64,000 nt of DNA, taken from positions 192,001-256,000 of the forward strand of contig CAVYSW010000003.1 in NCBI GenBank assembly GCA_963771275.1, written 5' to 3'. Shown one piece after another: positions 36,028-60,123 of this stretch. Origin of the DNA: an uncultured Gemmatimonadales bacterium (GTDB lineage Bacteria > Gemmatimonadota > Gemmatimonadetes > Gemmatimonadales > GWC2-71-9). Every line of letters begins with the position of its first letter. The first letter of the stretch is position 1. The notes beneath the pieces are model-generated. The model had not been told where the DNA came from and searched no databases. It saw only the letters and a program-made list of their open reading frames with translations. The position numbers and the translations under genes were made by a program.

Positions 36028-37341
36028 CTACATGTAGCGCCGGCGTCCGCGGAACTTGACGCGGCCCTGTTTCATGAAGTCGTCATAGTGGCGCAGGTGC
36101 AAGTGCTGCTGCATCTGGATCCACGTGTCGAGTCCCACCCCCACCACGATCAGGATCGCCGTCCCGCCGAAGAAGAACGGCACGTTGAACCAGTCGAAGA
36201 TGAAGAACGGGAGCAGCGCGATGAGCGTGAGGAACAGGGCGCCCGGCAGGGTCACGCGACTCAGGACGTCGTCGATGTAGTCGGCCGTCGCCGCGCCGGG
36301 CTTCACGCCCGGGATGAACCCGCCCTGCTTCTTCAGATTCTCCGCCAGGTCCACGGGGTTGAAGATGATGGACGTGTAGAAGTAGGTGAAGAAGACGATC
36401 AGGACGCCGTACGTCGTGTAGTACGCCGCGGTCTGCGGGGCGAAGACGTCGGAGAATGCCTTGAGCCACGGGACGGTCGTGAACGCCGCCAGCGTGCCCG
36501 GCACGATGATCAGCGATTGGGCGAAGATGATCGGCATCACGCCGGCCGAGTTGATCCGGATCGGGATGAACGTCTTCTGGCCTTCCCGGATCCGGCCGCG
36601 CCCCATCACCTTGCGCGGGATCTGGATCGGGATGCGCCGGGCCGCCACCGTCATCGCGATCACGGCCGCCACGACGGCCACCATCACGGCCCCGAGGATG
36701 ATCAGGCGCAGCGGCGTGATGATGCCGGTCTTGAGGAAGCTGATCGTCTGGGCGGTGCCCGGGACCATGCCGTCCATGATCGAGAAGAAGATCATGAGGC
36801 TCATCCCGTTCCCGATCCCCCGCTCCGTGATCTGCTCGCCGAGCCACATGATGAACACGGCGCCCGTGGTGAGCGTGAGGACCGTCAGAACGCGGAAGCC
36901 CCACAGCGACTGCATCGACACCGCCTGGAGCGACTCCGTGAAGATCGAGAACCCGTAGGCCTGACCGGCCGCCAGCACCACGGTCACGTAGCGGGTCCAC
37001 TGCGTGATCTTCTTCCGCCCGTCCTCTTCCTTCTGGAGCTTGTCCACCGTGGGGAACACCGCTCCGGCCAGCTGGAAGATGATCGACGCGGAGATGTACG
37101 GCATGATGCCCAGCGCCAGGACCGTCGCGCGGCGCAGGCCGCCGCCCACGAACAGATCGTAGACGCCGAACAGCGTGCCGCCCGCCTGATTCCGGATGAA
37201 GTCCGCGAGCACCTGGACATTCACGCCGGGGGTCGCGATGTGCGCGCCCGCCCGGTAGATGCCGAGGCACAACAGCGTGAAGAGGATCTTGTCCTTGAGC
37301 TCCGGGTCGCGGAAGAAGTTGGGGATGCGGGGTCCCGTCAT
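36028..37341 (-). CDS. secY: Preprotein translocase SecY
   Basis: LGIMPYISASII, WLGEQITERGIGNG, GVMPIIFA, GGFIPGVKPG. Confidence 0.99.
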   Translation of the reverse strand: MTGPRIPNFFRDPELKDKILFTLLCLGIYRAGAHIATPGVNVQVLADFIRNQAGGTLFGVYDLFVGGGLRRATVLALGIMPYISASIIFQLAGAVFPTVDKLQKEEDGRKKITQWTRYVTVVLAAGQAYGFSIFTESLQAVSMQSLWGFRVLTVLTLTTGAVFIMWLGEQITERGIGNGMSLMIFFSIMDGMVPGTAQTISFLKTGIITPLRLIILGAVMVAVVAAVIAMTVAARRIPIQIPRKVMGRGRIREGQKTFIPIRINSAGVMPIIFAQSLIIVPGTLAAFTTVPWLKAFSDVFAPQTAAYYTTYGVLIVFFTYFYTSIIFNPVDLAENLKKQGGFIPGVKPGAATADYIDDVLSRVTLPGALFLTLIALLPFFIFDWFNVPFFFGGTAILIVVGVGLDTWIQMQQHLHLRHYDDFMKQGRVKFRGRRRYM

Positions 37342-37345
37342 CGGT

Positions 37346-37810
37346 TCATGCCTCGATCCGGCCGCCTGCCTGTTCGATCTTGGCGCGCGCGCTCTCGGAG
37401 CACGCGCAGCCCGTCACCGCGTACGCCCGCTCCACCGCCCCCATGCCGAGCAGCTTGACCGGGTGATCGCCGTGGTTCACGATCCCCGCCGCCACGAGCG
37501 TGGCAGGGGAGACGTCGGTCCCCGGCAGCCGCGCGAGGTCCCGCAGGTTCACCACCTGCGCCGCCGTGCGCGCCGGGTTGTGGAACCCGCGCTTGGGCAG
37601 GCGCCGGATGATCGGCATCTGCCCGCCCTCGAAGCCCGGGCGGACGTTGCCGCTCTTGCGCGCGCGCTGTCCCTTGTGCCCGCGGCCCGCCGTCTTGCCC
37701 AACCCGGAGCCCGGGCCGCGGCCCTTGCGCTTCGGCACCGTGGTCGCACCCCGCGGCTTCGGCAGGTTGTGCAGTCCGAGCACTCCCGGCCCCTGCGTCT
37801 CGTCCATCAC
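37346..37810 (-). CDS. rplO: 50S ribosomal protein L15
   Basis: GRGPGSGLGKTAGRGHKGQ..FEGGQMP..RLPKRGF. Confidence 0.98.
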   Translation of the reverse strand: MMDETQGPGVLGLHNLPKPRGATTVPKRKGRGPGSGLGKTAGRGHKGQRARKSGNVRPGFEGGQMPIIRRLPKRGFHNPARTAAQVVNLRDLARLPGTDVSPATLVAAGIVNHGDHPVKLLGMGAVERAYAVTGCACSESARAKIEQAGGRIEA

Positions 37811-38034
37811 GCCTCCTCACGCGTCACGCGCACGAGGTGACGCACCTTGTTCAGCATGCCCCGCACCGTCGGCGTGTCGCCCACCACGATCTCGTGCTGG
37901 TGGTGCCGGAGCCCCAGGGCGCGGAGCGTGCGCCGGTACGTCTCGGCGTGCCCGATCCCGGAGCGCACCTGCTTCACCCGCAGGGGCGCCGCCCCAGTGT
38001 CCCGCTGCCGCTTGCGCTTGGCCGCGTCAGGCAC
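37807..38034 (-). CDS. rpmD: 50S ribosomal protein L30
   Basis: [27 protein letters not shown]. Confidence 0.95.
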   Translation of the reverse strand: MPDAAKRKRQRDTGAAPLRVKQVRSGIGHAETYRRTLRALGLRHHQHEIVVGDTPTVRGMLNKVRHLVRVTREEA

Positions 38035-38611
38035 GGGCCACCTCCTGCCGTCCCCTGAACGGGATCGCCTCGACCGGCAGGTCGCGCTCGCGCGCCACCT
38101 GCTCGACGGTCACGAGGTGCTGCAGACCATCCACCGTCGCCCACACCATGTTGTGCGGGTTGGTGGATCCGAGCGACTTGGTCAGAATGTCGGTGACGCC
38201 CGCGCAGTCGAGCACCGCGCGCACCGCCCCCCCGGCGATGACGCCCGTCCCCGACGTGGCCGGCTTGAGCAGCACCCGGCCGGCCCCGTGTGCCCCGAGC
38301 ACTTCGTGCGGAATCGTCGAGCCGACGCGCGGCACCTTGAGCATCGCCTTGCGTGCGGCATCGACCGCCTTGCGCACGGCGTCCGAAACCTCGTTGGCCT
38401 TGCCCGTACCGACCCCGACCATCCCGTTGCGGTCGCCGACGGCCACCAGGGCGGTGAACGAGAACCGGCGTCCGCCCTTCACCACCTTCGCCACCCGGTT
38501 GATCGCGATCACGTTCTCGAGGAGGTCCGAGTCTCGCTCCCGGTCCCGATCCCGATCGCGGCGGTCACGCCGCGGAGGCCGCTGCTCGCGCTGCTGCTTG
38601 TCGCCAGCCAT
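38027..38611 (-). CDS. rpsE: 30S ribosomal protein S5
   Basis: [24 protein letters not shown]. Confidence 0.98.
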   Translation of the reverse strand: MAGDKQQREQRPPRRDRRDRDRDRERDSDLLENVIAINRVAKVVKGGRRFSFTALVAVGDRNGMVGVGTGKANEVSDAVRKAVDAARKAMLKVPRVGSTIPHEVLGAHGAGRVLLKPATSGTGVIAGGAVRAVLDCAGVTDILTKSLGSTNPHNMVWATVDGLQHLVTVEQVARERDLPVEAIPFRGRQEVARA

Positions 38612-38614
38612 GTC

Positions 38615-38986
38615 CTAGAGCTCCAGTCCGCCGTGCCGCGCGCCTTCGGCCACCGCCTTGACGCGCCCGTGATACGGATACCCGCCGCGATCGAAGACGA
38701 CCGCGGTGATGCCGCGCTCGCGGGCACGTGCCGCCAGCAGCTTGCCGACGGCGAGTCCGACCGCGACCTTGCCCGTCCCGCCCACCTCGACGCCCGCCGT
38801 GCGGTCGCTGACGCCGAGCAGCGTCTGCCCCCGGTCGTCGTCCACCAGCTGCGCGTACACGTGCTTCAGGGACCGGAACACCACCATCCGGGGGCGCTCC
38901 GCCGTCCCGCTCACTTTCTTGCGCAGGCGCAGGTGCCGGCGCGCGCGCCGCTCCCGCCGCGTCTTGGGCTTGCGAATCGGCCGCAT
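38615..38986 (-). CDS. rplR: 50S ribosomal protein L18
   Basis: GTAERPR..FDRGGYPYHGRV. Confidence 0.98.
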   Translation of the reverse strand: MRPIRKPKTRRERRARRHLRLRKKVSGTAERPRMVVFRSLKHVYAQLVDDDRGQTLLGVSDRTAGVEVGGTGKVAVGLAVGKLLAARARERGITAVVFDRGGYPYHGRVKAVAEGARHGGLEL

Positions 38987-39526
38987 TTACTTCGCCCCCG
39001 TCTTCCCGGCCTTCCGCCGGACGTGCTCGCCCAGGTATCGGATGCCTTTGCCCTTGTACGGCTCGGGCGGCCGTACCTTGCGGATCTCGGCAGCCACCTG
39101 GCCGACCAGCTCCTTGTCGATGCCCGTGATCTTGATCTGCGTGTTGTTCTCGACCGCCAGGGCGATGCCCGCCGGCGCCGGGAACTCCACCGGGTGCGAC
39201 AGCCCGACGACCAGGCGCAGCCCCTTGGGGTTGGCCTCGGCCTTGTACCCCACGCCGTGCAGCTCGAGCTGGCGGAAGTAACCCTTGGTGACGCCCTCCA
39301 CCATGTTGTGCAGCAGCGCCCGCGTCAGGCCGTGCAGGGCGCGATGCTGGCGCGCGTCGCTCGGGCGCGCGACCGTGACGTGCCCGTCCTCGAGCGCGAT
39401 CCGCATCTCCGGGTGGCACGTCCGCGTCAGGGTCCCTTTGGGCCCTTGTACCGTCACCGTCTGCCCCGCGACACTCACCGTCACGCCCGCAGGGATGGGC
39501 AGCGGCTTCTTGCCGATCCGCGACAT
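38987..39526 (-). CDS. rplF: 50S ribosomal protein L6
   Basis: [17 protein letters not shown]. Confidence 0.98.
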   Translation of the reverse strand: MSRIGKKPLPIPAGVTVSVAGQTVTVQGPKGTLTRTCHPEMRIALEDGHVTVARPSDARQHRALHGLTRALLHNMVEGVTKGYFRQLELHGVGYKAEANPKGLRLVVGLSHPVEFPAPAGIALAVENNTQIKITGIDKELVGQVAAEIRKVRPPEPYKGKGIRYLGEHVRRKAGKTGAK

Positions 39527-39536
39527 GGCTCCTCCT

Positions 39537-39932
39537 CTACCAGACCACGGCGAGCAGCTCGCCGCCCAGGCGGGCGCTGCGCGCCTCGCGGTCCGTCATC
39601 AGGCCGCGGGGGGTGGAGAGAATCGCCATCCCGAGGCCGTTCTTCACACGCGGGATCTGCCGCACGTTGACATACCGCCGCAGGCCGGGCGTGGAGACGC
39701 GTTGCAGCTCGCGGATCACCGGGGAGTCCCCGTGATACCGCAGATAGAGCCGCAGCAGGCCGTGCCGGCCGTCATCCAGGAGCTTGTAATCCTGGATGTA
39801 GTGGTTGTCGCGCAGCAGCCGCGCGATCTCGACCTTGAGTTTCGACACCGGCACATCGACCCGACGATGCCCCGCCATACAGGCGTTGCGAATGTGGGTC
39901 AGCATGTCGGCAACGGGATCAGTCATGCTCAT
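39537..39932 (-). CDS. rpsH: 30S ribosomal protein S8
   Basis: [25 protein letters not shown]. Confidence 0.98.
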   Translation of the reverse strand: MSMTDPVADMLTHIRNACMAGHRRVDVPVSKLKVEIARLLRDNHYIQDYKLLDDGRHGLLRLYLRYHGDSPVIRELQRVSTPGLRRYVNVRQIPRVKNGLGMAILSTPRGLMTDREARSARLGGELLAVVW

Positions 39933-39950
39933 AGCGTCGGACTCGATCCT

Positions 39951-40136
39951 TTACCAGCTGGCCTTGCGCACCCCCGGGATTTCCCCCCGGAGCGCCATTT
40001 CTCGGAAACAGATGCGGCACATCCCGAACTTCCGCAGATACGCCCGCGGCCGGCCGCACCGCTGACAGCGCCGATACTTGCGCACCGCGAACTTGGGGGT
40101 GCGCTTCGCCTTCACGACCAACGACTTCTTCGCCAT
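39951..40136 (-). CDS. rpsZ: 30S ribosomal protein S14, type Z (zinc-binding)
   Basis: 61 aa, [16 protein letters not shown]. Confidence 0.97.
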   Translation of the reverse strand: MAKKSLVVKAKRTPKFAVRKYRRCQRCGRPRAYLRKFGMCRICFREMALRGEIPGVRKASW

Positions 40137-40144
40137 GCCCGCTC

Positions 40145-40774
40145 CTAGCCGACGGTGACCGGCGTCTCGCCGCGGAATGGCATCCCCAGCTCCCGCAGGA
40201 GCGCCATCGCCACGTCGTCCCGACCTGCACTCGTCACGAACGTGATGTCCATGCCGTGGATCTTCTCGACCTTGTCGTAGTCGATTTCCGGGAAGATCAT
40301 CTGCTCCTTGACTCCCACCGAGTAGTTCCCGCGCCCGTCGAACGACCGGGTCGGCAGGCCGCGAAAGTCACGCACCCGCGGGATCGCGATGCCGATGAAC
40401 CGGTCGAGGAACTCGTACATCCGCACGCCGCGCAGCGTCACCGAGGCGCCGATCGCCATGCCCTGCCGGAGGTTGAAGTTCGCGATCGACTTCTTGGCGC
40501 GCGTCACGACGGCCCGCTGTCCCGTGATCCGGCCCAGCTCGTCCACGATCGCGTCGAGCAGCTTCGCGTTCTTCATGCCCTCGCCTTCGCCGACGTTCAG
40601 CACGATCTTCACGAGCCGCGGGATCTGGTGCGGGTTCGCAAAGCCGAACTGCTGCGCGAGCTTCGGCCGGACCGCCTGCAGGTAGTACACCTTGAGGCGG
40701 GGCGGCGGCACCGGGGCGGCCGGGGCGGCCGGGGCCGTCTGCGGCGCCGGGGCTTTCGTCTTGGTTTTCGCCAT
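40145..40774 (-). CDS. rplE: 50S ribosomal protein L5
   Basis: [23 protein letters not shown]-terminal Ala/Pro extension. Confidence 0.98.
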   Translation of the reverse strand: MAKTKTKAPAPQTAPAAPAAPVPPPRLKVYYLQAVRPKLAQQFGFANPHQIPRLVKIVLNVGEGEGMKNAKLLDAIVDELGRITGQRAVVTRAKKSIANFNLRQGMAIGASVTLRGVRMYEFLDRFIGIAIPRVRDFRGLPTRSFDGRGNYSVGVKEQMIFPEIDYDKVEKIHGMDITFVTSAGRDDVAMALLRELGMPFRGETPVTVG

Positions 40775-40778
40775 ACCG

Positions 40779-41162
40779 TCAGCGCTTCCTCGGAATCGGC
40801 TGGCCCGACTGCGCGCTCAGGCGCTCGACCGAGCCGTCCTCGTTCCGCTTCCGTCGCACCCGCGTCGGTTCGGCCGACTTCGGGTCGAGCAGCATCACGT
40901 TCGAGGCGTGGATCGGCGCGGCGTGGGAGATGATGCCCCCCTCCTCGCCGGCCTGCGTCGCCTTGCGGTGGCGCTTCACGACGTTCACGCCCTCGATCAC
41001 CACACGGTTCGCCTTGGGAAGCACCCGGAGCACGACGCCCTCCTTGCCGGCGTCGTCACCGCGCACCACCCGCACCGTGTCGCCCTTGGTGATGTGCATC
41101 TTGTGTCGCACCACCGGCTTCTGGCGCACGCGCTTGGCCTTGTGGAACACCAGCGGCTTCAT
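40779..41162 (-). CDS. rplX: 50S ribosomal protein L24
   Basis: [21 protein letters not shown]. Confidence 0.97.
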   Translation of the reverse strand: MKPLVFHKAKRVRQKPVVRHKMHITKGDTVRVVRGDDAGKEGVVLRVLPKANRVVIEGVNVVKRHRKATQAGEEGGIISHAAPIHASNVMLLDPKSAEPTRVRRKRNEDGSVERLSAQSGQPIPRKR

Positions 41163-41530
41163 CAGATCACCTCCGGCGCGAGCGACACGATCTTCATGAA
41201 CTTCTTCTCGCGCAGCTCGCGCCCCACCGGGCCGAAGATGCGCGTCGCCCGCGGCTCGCCCTGGTCCGTGATCAGCACGGCGGCGTTCTCATCGAACCGG
41301 ATGTAGCTGCCGTCCCGACGGCGGGTCTCTTTCGCCGTCCGCACCACGACGGCCCTGGCCACCTCACCCTTCTTCACCTGGCCCGTGGGCAGCGCGTCCT
41401 TGATCGCCACCACCACTATGTCCCCCAGGCCGGCGTAGCGGCGTCGGCTGCCGCCCAGCACGCGGATCACGAGCGCGCGTCGCGCGCCCGAATTGTCCGC
41501 GATCTTGAGAATCGTCTCCTGCTGTACCAC
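41162..41530 (-). CDS. rplN: 50S ribosomal protein L14
   Basis: [20 protein letters not shown]. Confidence 0.98.
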   Translation of the reverse strand: MVQQETILKIADNSGARRALVIRVLGGSRRRYAGLGDIVVVAIKDALPTGQVKKGEVARAVVVRTAKETRRRDGSYIRFDENAAVLITDQGEPRATRIFGPVGRELREKKFMKIVSLAPEVI

Positions 41531-41545
41531 GCGATCCCCCCTGGC

Positions 41546-41812
41546 CTACTGGGCCCGCTGGACGATCTCGACGACCCGCCAGCGCTTCGTTTTCGACAGC
41601 GGTCGCGTCTCCATGATGCGTACCGTGTCGCCCGCCTTGGCACCGTGCACGTCGTGCGCCGCGACGCGCTTCGTGCGCGTCACCCGCTTGCCGTACAGGG
41701 GATCCGCGAACTGACGCGTGAGCCGCACGACTACCGTCTTCGCCATCTTGTCGCTCACCACCACGCCAGTCCGTGTCTTCCGGCGCGGGCGGGCGCTCGT
41801 TTGCTCGCTCAT
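41546..41812 (-). CDS. rpsQ: 30S ribosomal protein S17
   Basis: [22 protein letters not shown]. Confidence 0.98.
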   Translation of the reverse strand: MSEQTSARPRRKTRTGVVVSDKMAKTVVVRLTRQFADPLYGKRVTRTKRVAAHDVHGAKAGDTVRIMETRPLSKTKRWRVVEIVQRAQ

Positions 41813-42036
41813 CCTCGCGTCCTCTCGCGCAGCACCGTCTCGATGCGCGCGATGTTGCGGCGCATCGTCCGGAATCGCATCGGGTTCTCGCCCGAGATGT
41901 CCTCGGTCGCCGCCCGGAACCGCAGCCGGAAGCCCGCCTCCTTGAGCCGCACCAGCTCCGTGTGCAGCTCGTCCTCGGGCAACTCGCGCAGCGCCTCCAT
42001 GTCGAACGCCTTCCGATCCGTGTCCTTGAGCGCCAT
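41809..42036 (-). CDS. rpmC: 50S ribosomal protein L29
   Basis: [22 protein letters not shown]; position in S10 operon. Confidence 0.93.
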   Translation of the reverse strand: MALKDTDRKAFDMEALRELPEDELHTELVRLKEAGFRLRFRAATEDISGENPMRFRTMRRNIARIETVLRERTRG

Positions 42037-42040
42037 GACC

Positions 42041-42454
42041 TTACGTCTCCTCCCGCCGAACGAAGCGCGTCGTCACGGGGAGCTTGGCCGCCGCCAGCGC
42101 GAGGGCTTCGCGCGCCACCTTCTCCTCGACGCCCTCGAGCTCGAACATCACGCGTCCGGGCTTCACCACCGCGACCCACCCCTCGGGGTTCCCCTTGCCC
42201 TTCCCCATCCGGGTCTCGGCCGGCTTCTTCGTGATCGGCTTGTCGGGAAACAGCCGAATCCACACCTTGCCGCCGCGCTTCATCGCGCGGGTGAGCGCCA
42301 CACGGGCCGCCTCGAGCTGACGATTCGAGATCCAGCCCGGCTCGAGCGTGATCAGCCCGAAGTGGCCAAAGGCCACAGTGTTGCCCCGCGTGGCCTGGCC
42401 ACGCGTGCGGCCCTTCATCTGCTTGCGGTACTTCACCCGCTTCGGCGCGAGCAT
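42041..42454 (-). CDS. rplP: 50S ribosomal protein L16
   Basis: [20 protein letters not shown]. Confidence 0.98.
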   Translation of the reverse strand: MLAPKRVKYRKQMKGRTRGQATRGNTVAFGHFGLITLEPGWISNRQLEAARVALTRAMKRGGKVWIRLFPDKPITKKPAETRMGKGKGNPEGWVAVVKPGRVMFELEGVEEKVAREALALAAAKLPVTTRFVRREET

Positions 42455-42456
42455 GG

Positions 42457-43116
42457 TCACGCCCCCGTGCTGTACGTGCGGCCGCGGGCGTCCTCAACCA
42501 CCTCGCCCTTGAAGATCCAGACCTTCACCCCGATCGTGCCGAAGGTCGTCTTCGCCGTGCTGGTCGAATAGTCCACGTCGGCGCGCAGGGTGTGGAGCGG
42601 CACCCGCCCCTCGTGATAGCCCTCGGTGCGCGCGATCTCCGCGCCGCCGAGCCGCCCCGAAGCGCGGACCTTGATCCCTTGCGCGCCCATCCGCATCGCG
42701 CTCTGGACCGCCCGCTTCATCGCTCGGCGGAACGACACCCGCTGCGTGAGCTGATGGGCCACGTTGTCCGCCACCAGCTGGGCGTCGAGCTCGGGCCGCT
42801 TGATCTCTTCGACGTTGATCCCGATCTCCTTGCCGGTCAGCTGGGCCAGCTCGTCGCGCAGCTTGTCCACCTCCGCCCCGCGCTTGCCGATCACCACCCC
42901 CGGCCGGCCCGTGAAGATCGTGACCGAGACCTTCCCCGGCCGGCGATCGATGTGCACGTCGGAGATCGCGGCGTGCCCCAGCCGCGTCTTCAGGTACTTG
43001 CGGATCAGCTCGTCTTCCCGGAGCAGCTCGGCGAACTCGCCGCGCGCGAACCAGCGGGACCTCCACGGCTTGACGATGCCGAGGCGGAAGCCGTACGGAT
43101 GCGTCTTCTGGCCCAC
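42457..43116 (-). CDS. rpsC: 30S ribosomal protein S3
   Basis: [38 protein letters not shown] start. Confidence 0.98.
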   Translation of the reverse strand: MGQKTHPYGFRLGIVKPWRSRWFARGEFAELLREDELIRKYLKTRLGHAAISDVHIDRRPGKVSVTIFTGRPGVVIGKRGAEVDKLRDELAQLTGKEIGINVEEIKRPELDAQLVADNVAHQLTQRVSFRRAMKRAVQSAMRMGAQGIKVRASGRLGGAEIARTEGYHEGRVPLHTLRADVDYSTSTAKTTFGTIGVKVWIFKGEVVEDARGRTYSTGA

Positions 43117-43469
43117 TACTCCTCCTTCTCCGCCACGCGGATCTCCACCGTGCTCATCCGCTTGTGAATCGGGGTCGCACGCCCGTGCGCCGCGGCGTGC
43201 CACCGCTTCAGCGTCGGCCCTTCGTTGACCACCGCGTACGCCACGATCAGCTTGTCCACGTCGAACGCCCGGTTCGCCCGGAGCGCGTCCTGCTCGGCAT
43301 TCGACACCGCCGATCGAAGCACCTTCTCGATTTGCTGGGCCGCCCGCTTCTTCGAGTGCTTCAACAGCGCGTACGCCCCGTTCACGTCCAGGCCCCGCAC
43401 CTCGTCGATCACGAGCCGCATCTTCCGCGCAGACTGGCGCACCCAGCGCTGTGTCGCTCTCGCCGCCAT
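43116..43469 (-). CDS. rplV: 50S ribosomal protein L22
   Basis: [22 protein letters not shown]. Confidence 0.97.
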   Translation of the reverse strand: MAARATQRWVRQSARKMRLVIDEVRGLDVNGAYALLKHSKKRAAQQIEKVLRSAVSNAEQDALRANRAFDVDKLIVAYAVVNEGPTLKRWHAAAHGRATPIHKRMSTVEIRVAEKEE

Positions 43470-43478
43470 GAGGCCTCC

Positions 43479-43838
43479 TTACCGCTTCGCCGACGGCCCG
43501 GCGGGTGCCGGCGACGCCGGAGCTGCCGCGGGCGTGGCGGGTGCGCCGCCCGCCGGCCCCTTGTCCGGCGCCGCCGTCGGCCTGCCACCGTGGCCGCGGA
43601 ACAACCGGGTCGGCGAGAACTCGCCCAGGTGGTGTCCGACCATGTTCTCCGACACGTACACCGGGACGAACTTGTTCCCGTTGTGCACCGCAATCGTATG
43701 CCCGACGAACTCGGGCGTAATGGTCGAACGCCGCGACCAGGTCTTCAGCACGCGGCGCTCGTTCGCCGCGTTGAGACCCTGGATCTTGCGGAGGAGCGCC
43801 TCCTCCACGAACGGGCCCTTCTTGATGCTCCGTGCCAT
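43479..43838 (-). CDS. rpsS: 30S ribosomal protein S19
   Basis: [22 protein letters not shown]; Pro/Ala C-terminal tail. Confidence 0.98.
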   Translation of the reverse strand: MARSIKKGPFVEEALLRKIQGLNAANERRVLKTWSRRSTITPEFVGHTIAVHNGNKFVPVYVSENMVGHHLGEFSPTRLFRGHGGRPTAAPDKGPAGGAPATPAAAPASPAPAGPSAKR

Positions 43839-43856
43839 ACGCGCTCTCGTTGCCCC

Positions 43857-44696
43857 TTACTGCGTCGCTTTGCCGCGCCGGCGCCCGCGGACGATGAGCC
43901 GGGTGCTCGATTTCTTCCGCTTGCGCGTCTTTCGCCCCTCGGGCTTCCCCCACGGCGAGCACGGCGGGCGCCCGCCGGAGGACTTGCCCTCACCGCCACC
44001 CAGCGGGTGGTCTACCGGATTCCGTGCCACACCGCGCACCCGCGGCCGCCGTCCGAGCCAACGGGACTTGCCCGCCTTGCCGACGCGCACCAGCTCGTGC
44101 TCGGCGTTCCCCACCTCGCCGATCGTCGCCCAGCACTCGCCGCGCACCATCCGCACTTCCCCGCTGCGCAGCTTGAGCGTCACGTGGACGCCCTCCTTCG
44201 CCACCACCTGGGCGCCAGCGCCCGCCGAGCGGCAGAGCTGCGCGCCGCGACCCGGCTTGAGCTCGATACAGTGTACCGTCGTGCCAAGCGGGATCTCGTT
44301 GAGCGGCAGGGCGTTGCCGTTGCGGATGTCGCTGCCCGACCCGGCCACCACGGTCTCCCCCGCCCGCAGCCCCTTGGGATGCAGGATGTAGCGCTTCTCC
44401 CCGTCCGCGTACGTGAGCAGCGCGATCCGCGCCGTCCGGTTCGGATCGTACTCGATTTCGGCGACCCGGGCCGGAATGCCGGGCTTGGCCCGCCGGAAAT
44501 CGATCCGCCGGTAGCGCCGCTTGTGCCCGCCCCCGCGGTACCGCGCGGAGACATGGCCCTTGCTGTCGCGCCCGCCACCCTGGGGCAGCGGCTCCACCAG
44601 CGAGGCTTCGGGCTCGGCCCGCGTCAGCTCCGCAAAGTCGGAGACGGAGCGCAGCCGGCTGCCGGCGCTGGTCGGTCGAAACTGTCGGACGCCCAT
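43857..44696 (-). CDS. rplB: 50S ribosomal protein L2
   Basis: [28 protein letters not shown]. Confidence 0.99.
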   Translation of the reverse strand: MGVRQFRPTSAGSRLRSVSDFAELTRAEPEASLVEPLPQGGGRDSKGHVSARYRGGGHKRRYRRIDFRRAKPGIPARVAEIEYDPNRTARIALLTYADGEKRYILHPKGLRAGETVVAGSGSDIRNGNALPLNEIPLGTTVHCIELKPGRGAQLCRSAGAGAQVVAKEGVHVTLKLRSGEVRMVRGECWATIGEVGNAEHELVRVGKAGKSRWLGRRPRVRGVARNPVDHPLGGGEGKSSGGRPPCSPWGKPEGRKTRKRKKSSTRLIVRGRRRGKATQ

Positions 44697-44700
44697 GGCT

Positions 44701-44988
44701 TCAGCCCTCGAACACCGGGATCGTGTCGCCTTCCTTCAGCCGCACGAACGCCTTCTTCCAGGCGGGACGCCGGCCCACGGATTTCCCGCGAGTCCGCCGT
44801 TTCGCGCGCTGCATCAGCGTCCGCACGTGCACCACCTGCACACCGAACATCTGCTGGATCGCCGCGCGGATCAGCGGCTTCGTCGCGTCCGGATGCACTT
44901 CGAACGCGTACTCCTTGAGCGCGCCCCACTGGCTCGAGGATTTCTCGGTGACTACCGGCCGCACCAGCGTGTGGTACACGTCAGGCAT
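44701..44988 (-). CDS. rplW: 50S ribosomal protein L23
   Basis: [15 protein letters not shown]. Confidence 0.97.
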   Translation of the reverse strand: MPDVYHTLVRPVVTEKSSSQWGALKEYAFEVHPDATKPLIRAAIQQMFGVQVVHVRTLMQRAKRRTRGKSVGRRPAWKKAFVRLKEGDTIPVFEG

Positions 44989-45772
44989 CGCTGCCACCCT
45001 TCTTCTTCGACGGCTTCGTCGCCTTGGCCGCCTTGGCGCCCTTGCCCGCCGCCGGCTTCCGCGCGGGCTTCTTGCGCGCGCGCTTCACAACCGGCTTGCG
45101 GACCGCCTCCGCCTTCTTCGCGCGCTTCGCACGGGGCGCGTCCTTCCGCGCCGTGCCGGCGATCACGTGCCCGCCGATCGCCGCCTCCTCCACCACCAGC
45201 GCATCGGCCCGCAACACCTCGTACGCCGACGCGTCCCGATACCGCTGGACCTCCACCCCCGGGATGTTGCGCGCCGAGAGGTAGATGTGCGGGTTGGCCT
45301 CGGCCGTGAGCACCAGCACGGACCGGCCCGCCAGCCCGAGCGTCTCCAGCAGCTCGGCCATCTGCCGCGTCTTGGGCGCCGTGAACTCGAACCCCTCGAC
45401 GACGTGGATCACCCCGGCCTGCGCCCGCGCGTTCAGCGCCGAGCGGCGCGCCAGCTGCCGCACCTTGCGCGGCAGCTCGGTGCGGTAGCTCCGCGGCGTC
45501 GGGCCGAACACCGTCCCCCCGCCCGGCCAGTGCGGCGCCCGGTTCGACCCCTGCCGCGCCCGGCCCGTGCCCTTCTGCCGCCACGGCTTCTGGTTGCCGC
45601 CCGAGACGAACCCGCGGGTCTTGGTCGCGTGGGTCCCTTGCCGCTGGTTGTTCAGGAACGCCCGCACCGCGTGGTACAGCGCCCCCTGATTCACCACGCC
45701 GTCGTACTCGGCCGGCAGGGCATAGCTGCCCTTCTTCTTCGCCGCCGCCGTGTAGTGATGGGCCTCAAGCAT
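44981..45772 (-). CDS. rplD: 50S ribosomal protein L4 with Lys/Ala-rich C-terminal extension
   Basis: [28 protein letters not shown]. Confidence 0.98.
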   Translation of the reverse strand: MLEAHHYTAAAKKKGSYALPAEYDGVVNQGALYHAVRAFLNNQRQGTHATKTRGFVSGGNQKPWRQKGTGRARQGSNRAPHWPGGGTVFGPTPRSYRTELPRKVRQLARRSALNARAQAGVIHVVEGFEFTAPKTRQMAELLETLGLAGRSVLVLTAEANPHIYLSARNIPGVEVQRYRDASAYEVLRADALVVEEAAIGGHVIAGTARKDAPRAKRAKKAEAVRKPVVKRARKKPARKPAAGKGAKAAKATKPSKKKGGSDA

Positions 45773-46400
45773 ACCGGCTCCGCTTCCCCTGCTTGCGAAT
45801 CAGCACGATGCCCCGCATCGGGCCCGGCACCGCGCCCCGGACGAAGAGCAGGTTGTTCTCGGCATCGACCTTGACCACGCGGAGCCCGGTCTCGGTGTGG
45901 CGCGCCGCCCCGTGATGCCCCGGCAGCTTCTTGCCCTTGAGCACCCGCGAAGGGTCAGTCCCCGGTCCGATGCTGCCGGGCTTCCGGTAGCGCGTGTTGC
46001 CGTGGGACGCCGGACCGCCGCTAAACCCGTGACGCTTGACGACGCCTTGGAACCCGCGGCCCTTGGTCGTCCCGGTCACCTTCACCCGGTCGCCCACCGC
46101 GAAGATGCCGACCGTTACGGTCTCCCCGGTGGCGGGGAGGGCCCCGGCCACACGGAATTCCCGCAGCACCGCGACGCCTCCCTCGACGCCGGCCGCCTTC
46201 AGGTGTCCCAACTGGGCTTTGGCGACGCGCTTGGCCTTCCGCGCGCCGAACCCCAGCTGGACCGCCGCCCCGCCCGGCGCGGCGCCGCGCACCCGCACAA
46301 CCGGGCACGGCCCCGCCTCGATCACCGTCACCGGGTGGACCTGGCCGTCTTCCTCGAAGAAGCGCGACATGCCGAGCTTCCGGCCAATGAGTTCGTTCAT
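45765..46400 (-). CDS. rplC: 50S ribosomal protein L3
   Basis: [26 protein letters not shown]. Confidence 0.98.
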   Translation of the reverse strand: MNELIGRKLGMSRFFEEDGQVHPVTVIEAGPCPVVRVRGAAPGGAAVQLGFGARKAKRVAKAQLGHLKAAGVEGGVAVLREFRVAGALPATGETVTVGIFAVGDRVKVTGTTKGRGFQGVVKRHGFSGGPASHGNTRYRKPGSIGPGTDPSRVLKGKKLPGHHGAARHTETGLRVVKVDAENNLLFVRGAVPGPMRGIVLIRKQGKRSRYA

Positions 46401-46403
46401 GCG

Positions 46404-46715
46404 CTACCCGACCTTGATCTCCACGTCCACGCCCGCCGGCAGATCCAGCTTCGTCAGCGCATCCACGGTCTGCGGGCGCGAGTCGTGGATGTCGATCAGC
46501 CGCTTGTGCGTCTTCAGCTCGAACTGCTCGCGGCTCTTCTTGTCGATGTGCGGGCTCCGCAGCACCGTCCAGCGCTGCACCTTCGTGGGCAGCGGGATGG
46601 GACCCGAGATCGTCGCCCCGGTCTTCTCCACCGTGCGCACGATGTCCGACGTCGCCTGGTCCAGGACCGCGTAGTCGAACGCCTTCAACCGGATTCGGAT
46701 TTGCTGGCCCGCCAT
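46404..46715 (-). CDS. rpsJ: 30S ribosomal protein S10
   Basis: [23 protein letters not shown]. Confidence 0.99.
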   Translation of the reverse strand: MAGQQIRIRLKAFDYAVLDQATSDIVRTVEKTGATISGPIPLPTKVQRWTVLRSPHIDKKSREQFELKTHKRLIDIHDSRPQTVDALTKLDLPAGVDVEIKVG

Positions 46716-46737
46716 ATAGTCCGCTCGTTTCGCCTGG

Positions 46738-47937
<1,200 letters not shown>

Positions 47938-47949
47938 TGGTCGCTGCCC

Positions 47950-50049
<2,100 letters not shown>

Positions 50050-50229
50050 ATCCCTTCAAGCGCTCGCGCGCGGTGACCGTCTCTGTTGCCCGGGCCCCAT
50101 GCAGGGCACGAAAAACGCGGGGCGACCGTCGTCTGCACGCAGACAGGTCTCGCTCCGCCACCGTCCGGGTCTCACCCTGCAACGTGGGTCCCGCCTTCGG
50201 ACCCGCGAGTTGTCGCTACCGCCGGCCGA

Positions 50230-50696
50230 CTACCAGCGGTAATGGGCGAACGCGCGGTTCGCCTCCGCCATCTTGTGCGTGTCTTCCTTCTTCTTGATGG
50301 CGTTGCCCTCGCCCTTCGAGGCGAGCACCAGCTCCGCTGCGAGCCGTTCGGCCATGGACTTCTCGCCGCGCTGACGCGCGTACTGCAGAATCCAGCGCAT
50401 CGCCAGCGCGGTCCGCCGCTCCGGTCGCACCTCGACCGGCACCTGGTACGTGGCACCACCCACGCGCCGACTCTTCACCTCGAGCGCGGGCTTCGTGTTG
50501 TTTAGCGCCTGCTTGAACACGTTCACGCCGGGCTGGCCGGTGCGCTGCTCGATCAGGTCCATCGCCCGGTAGAAGATCCCCTCGGCCACCGACTTGTTGC
50601 CCGCCGTCATCAGGTTGTTCAGGAACTTGCTGACGGTCTGGCTGTCGTAGCGCGGATCGGCCGGCACCGGCCGCCGAACGGCCTTCTGCCGCCGAC

Positions 50697-50700
<4 letters not shown>
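50230..50700 (-). CDS. rpsG: 30S ribosomal protein S7
   Basis: [27 protein letters not shown]. Confidence 0.99.
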
Positions 50701-51068
<368 letters not shown>

Positions 51069-51116
51069 ATGCGATCCGACGCCCACCTCGCAAACGCGGT
51101 TTCCAGAGAGACTTGA

Positions 51117-51145
51117 AACTTATCGGACCCGGATAGACGGGTCAA
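51117..51145 (-). promoter_or_regulatory. Sigma70-type promoter of str operon
   Basis: TTGACC-N17-TAAGTT immediately after the rpoC stop. Confidence 0.65.
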
Positions 51146-51149
51146 CCCC

Positions 51150-55442
<4,293 letters not shown>

Positions 55443-55456
55443 CGGTCGCTTCCCCC

Positions 55457-59938
<4,482 letters not shown>

Positions 59939-60123
59939 CAACCGTCCTCAGGCAACGCGAACGGCCCCGTCCGCTCCCGCCCAGTGCGGGTGGAACACGG
60001 CATCGGGGCTCGCCTCGCGAGCAGGGTGATACGAACGACGTCGATCCTGGTGCATACCGTCCCGGCTGAAGTTCAGGTCCGCGGGCGCCCGTCCCGCACG
60101 GGCGGCGCGTCCCGGGGCCCGGG

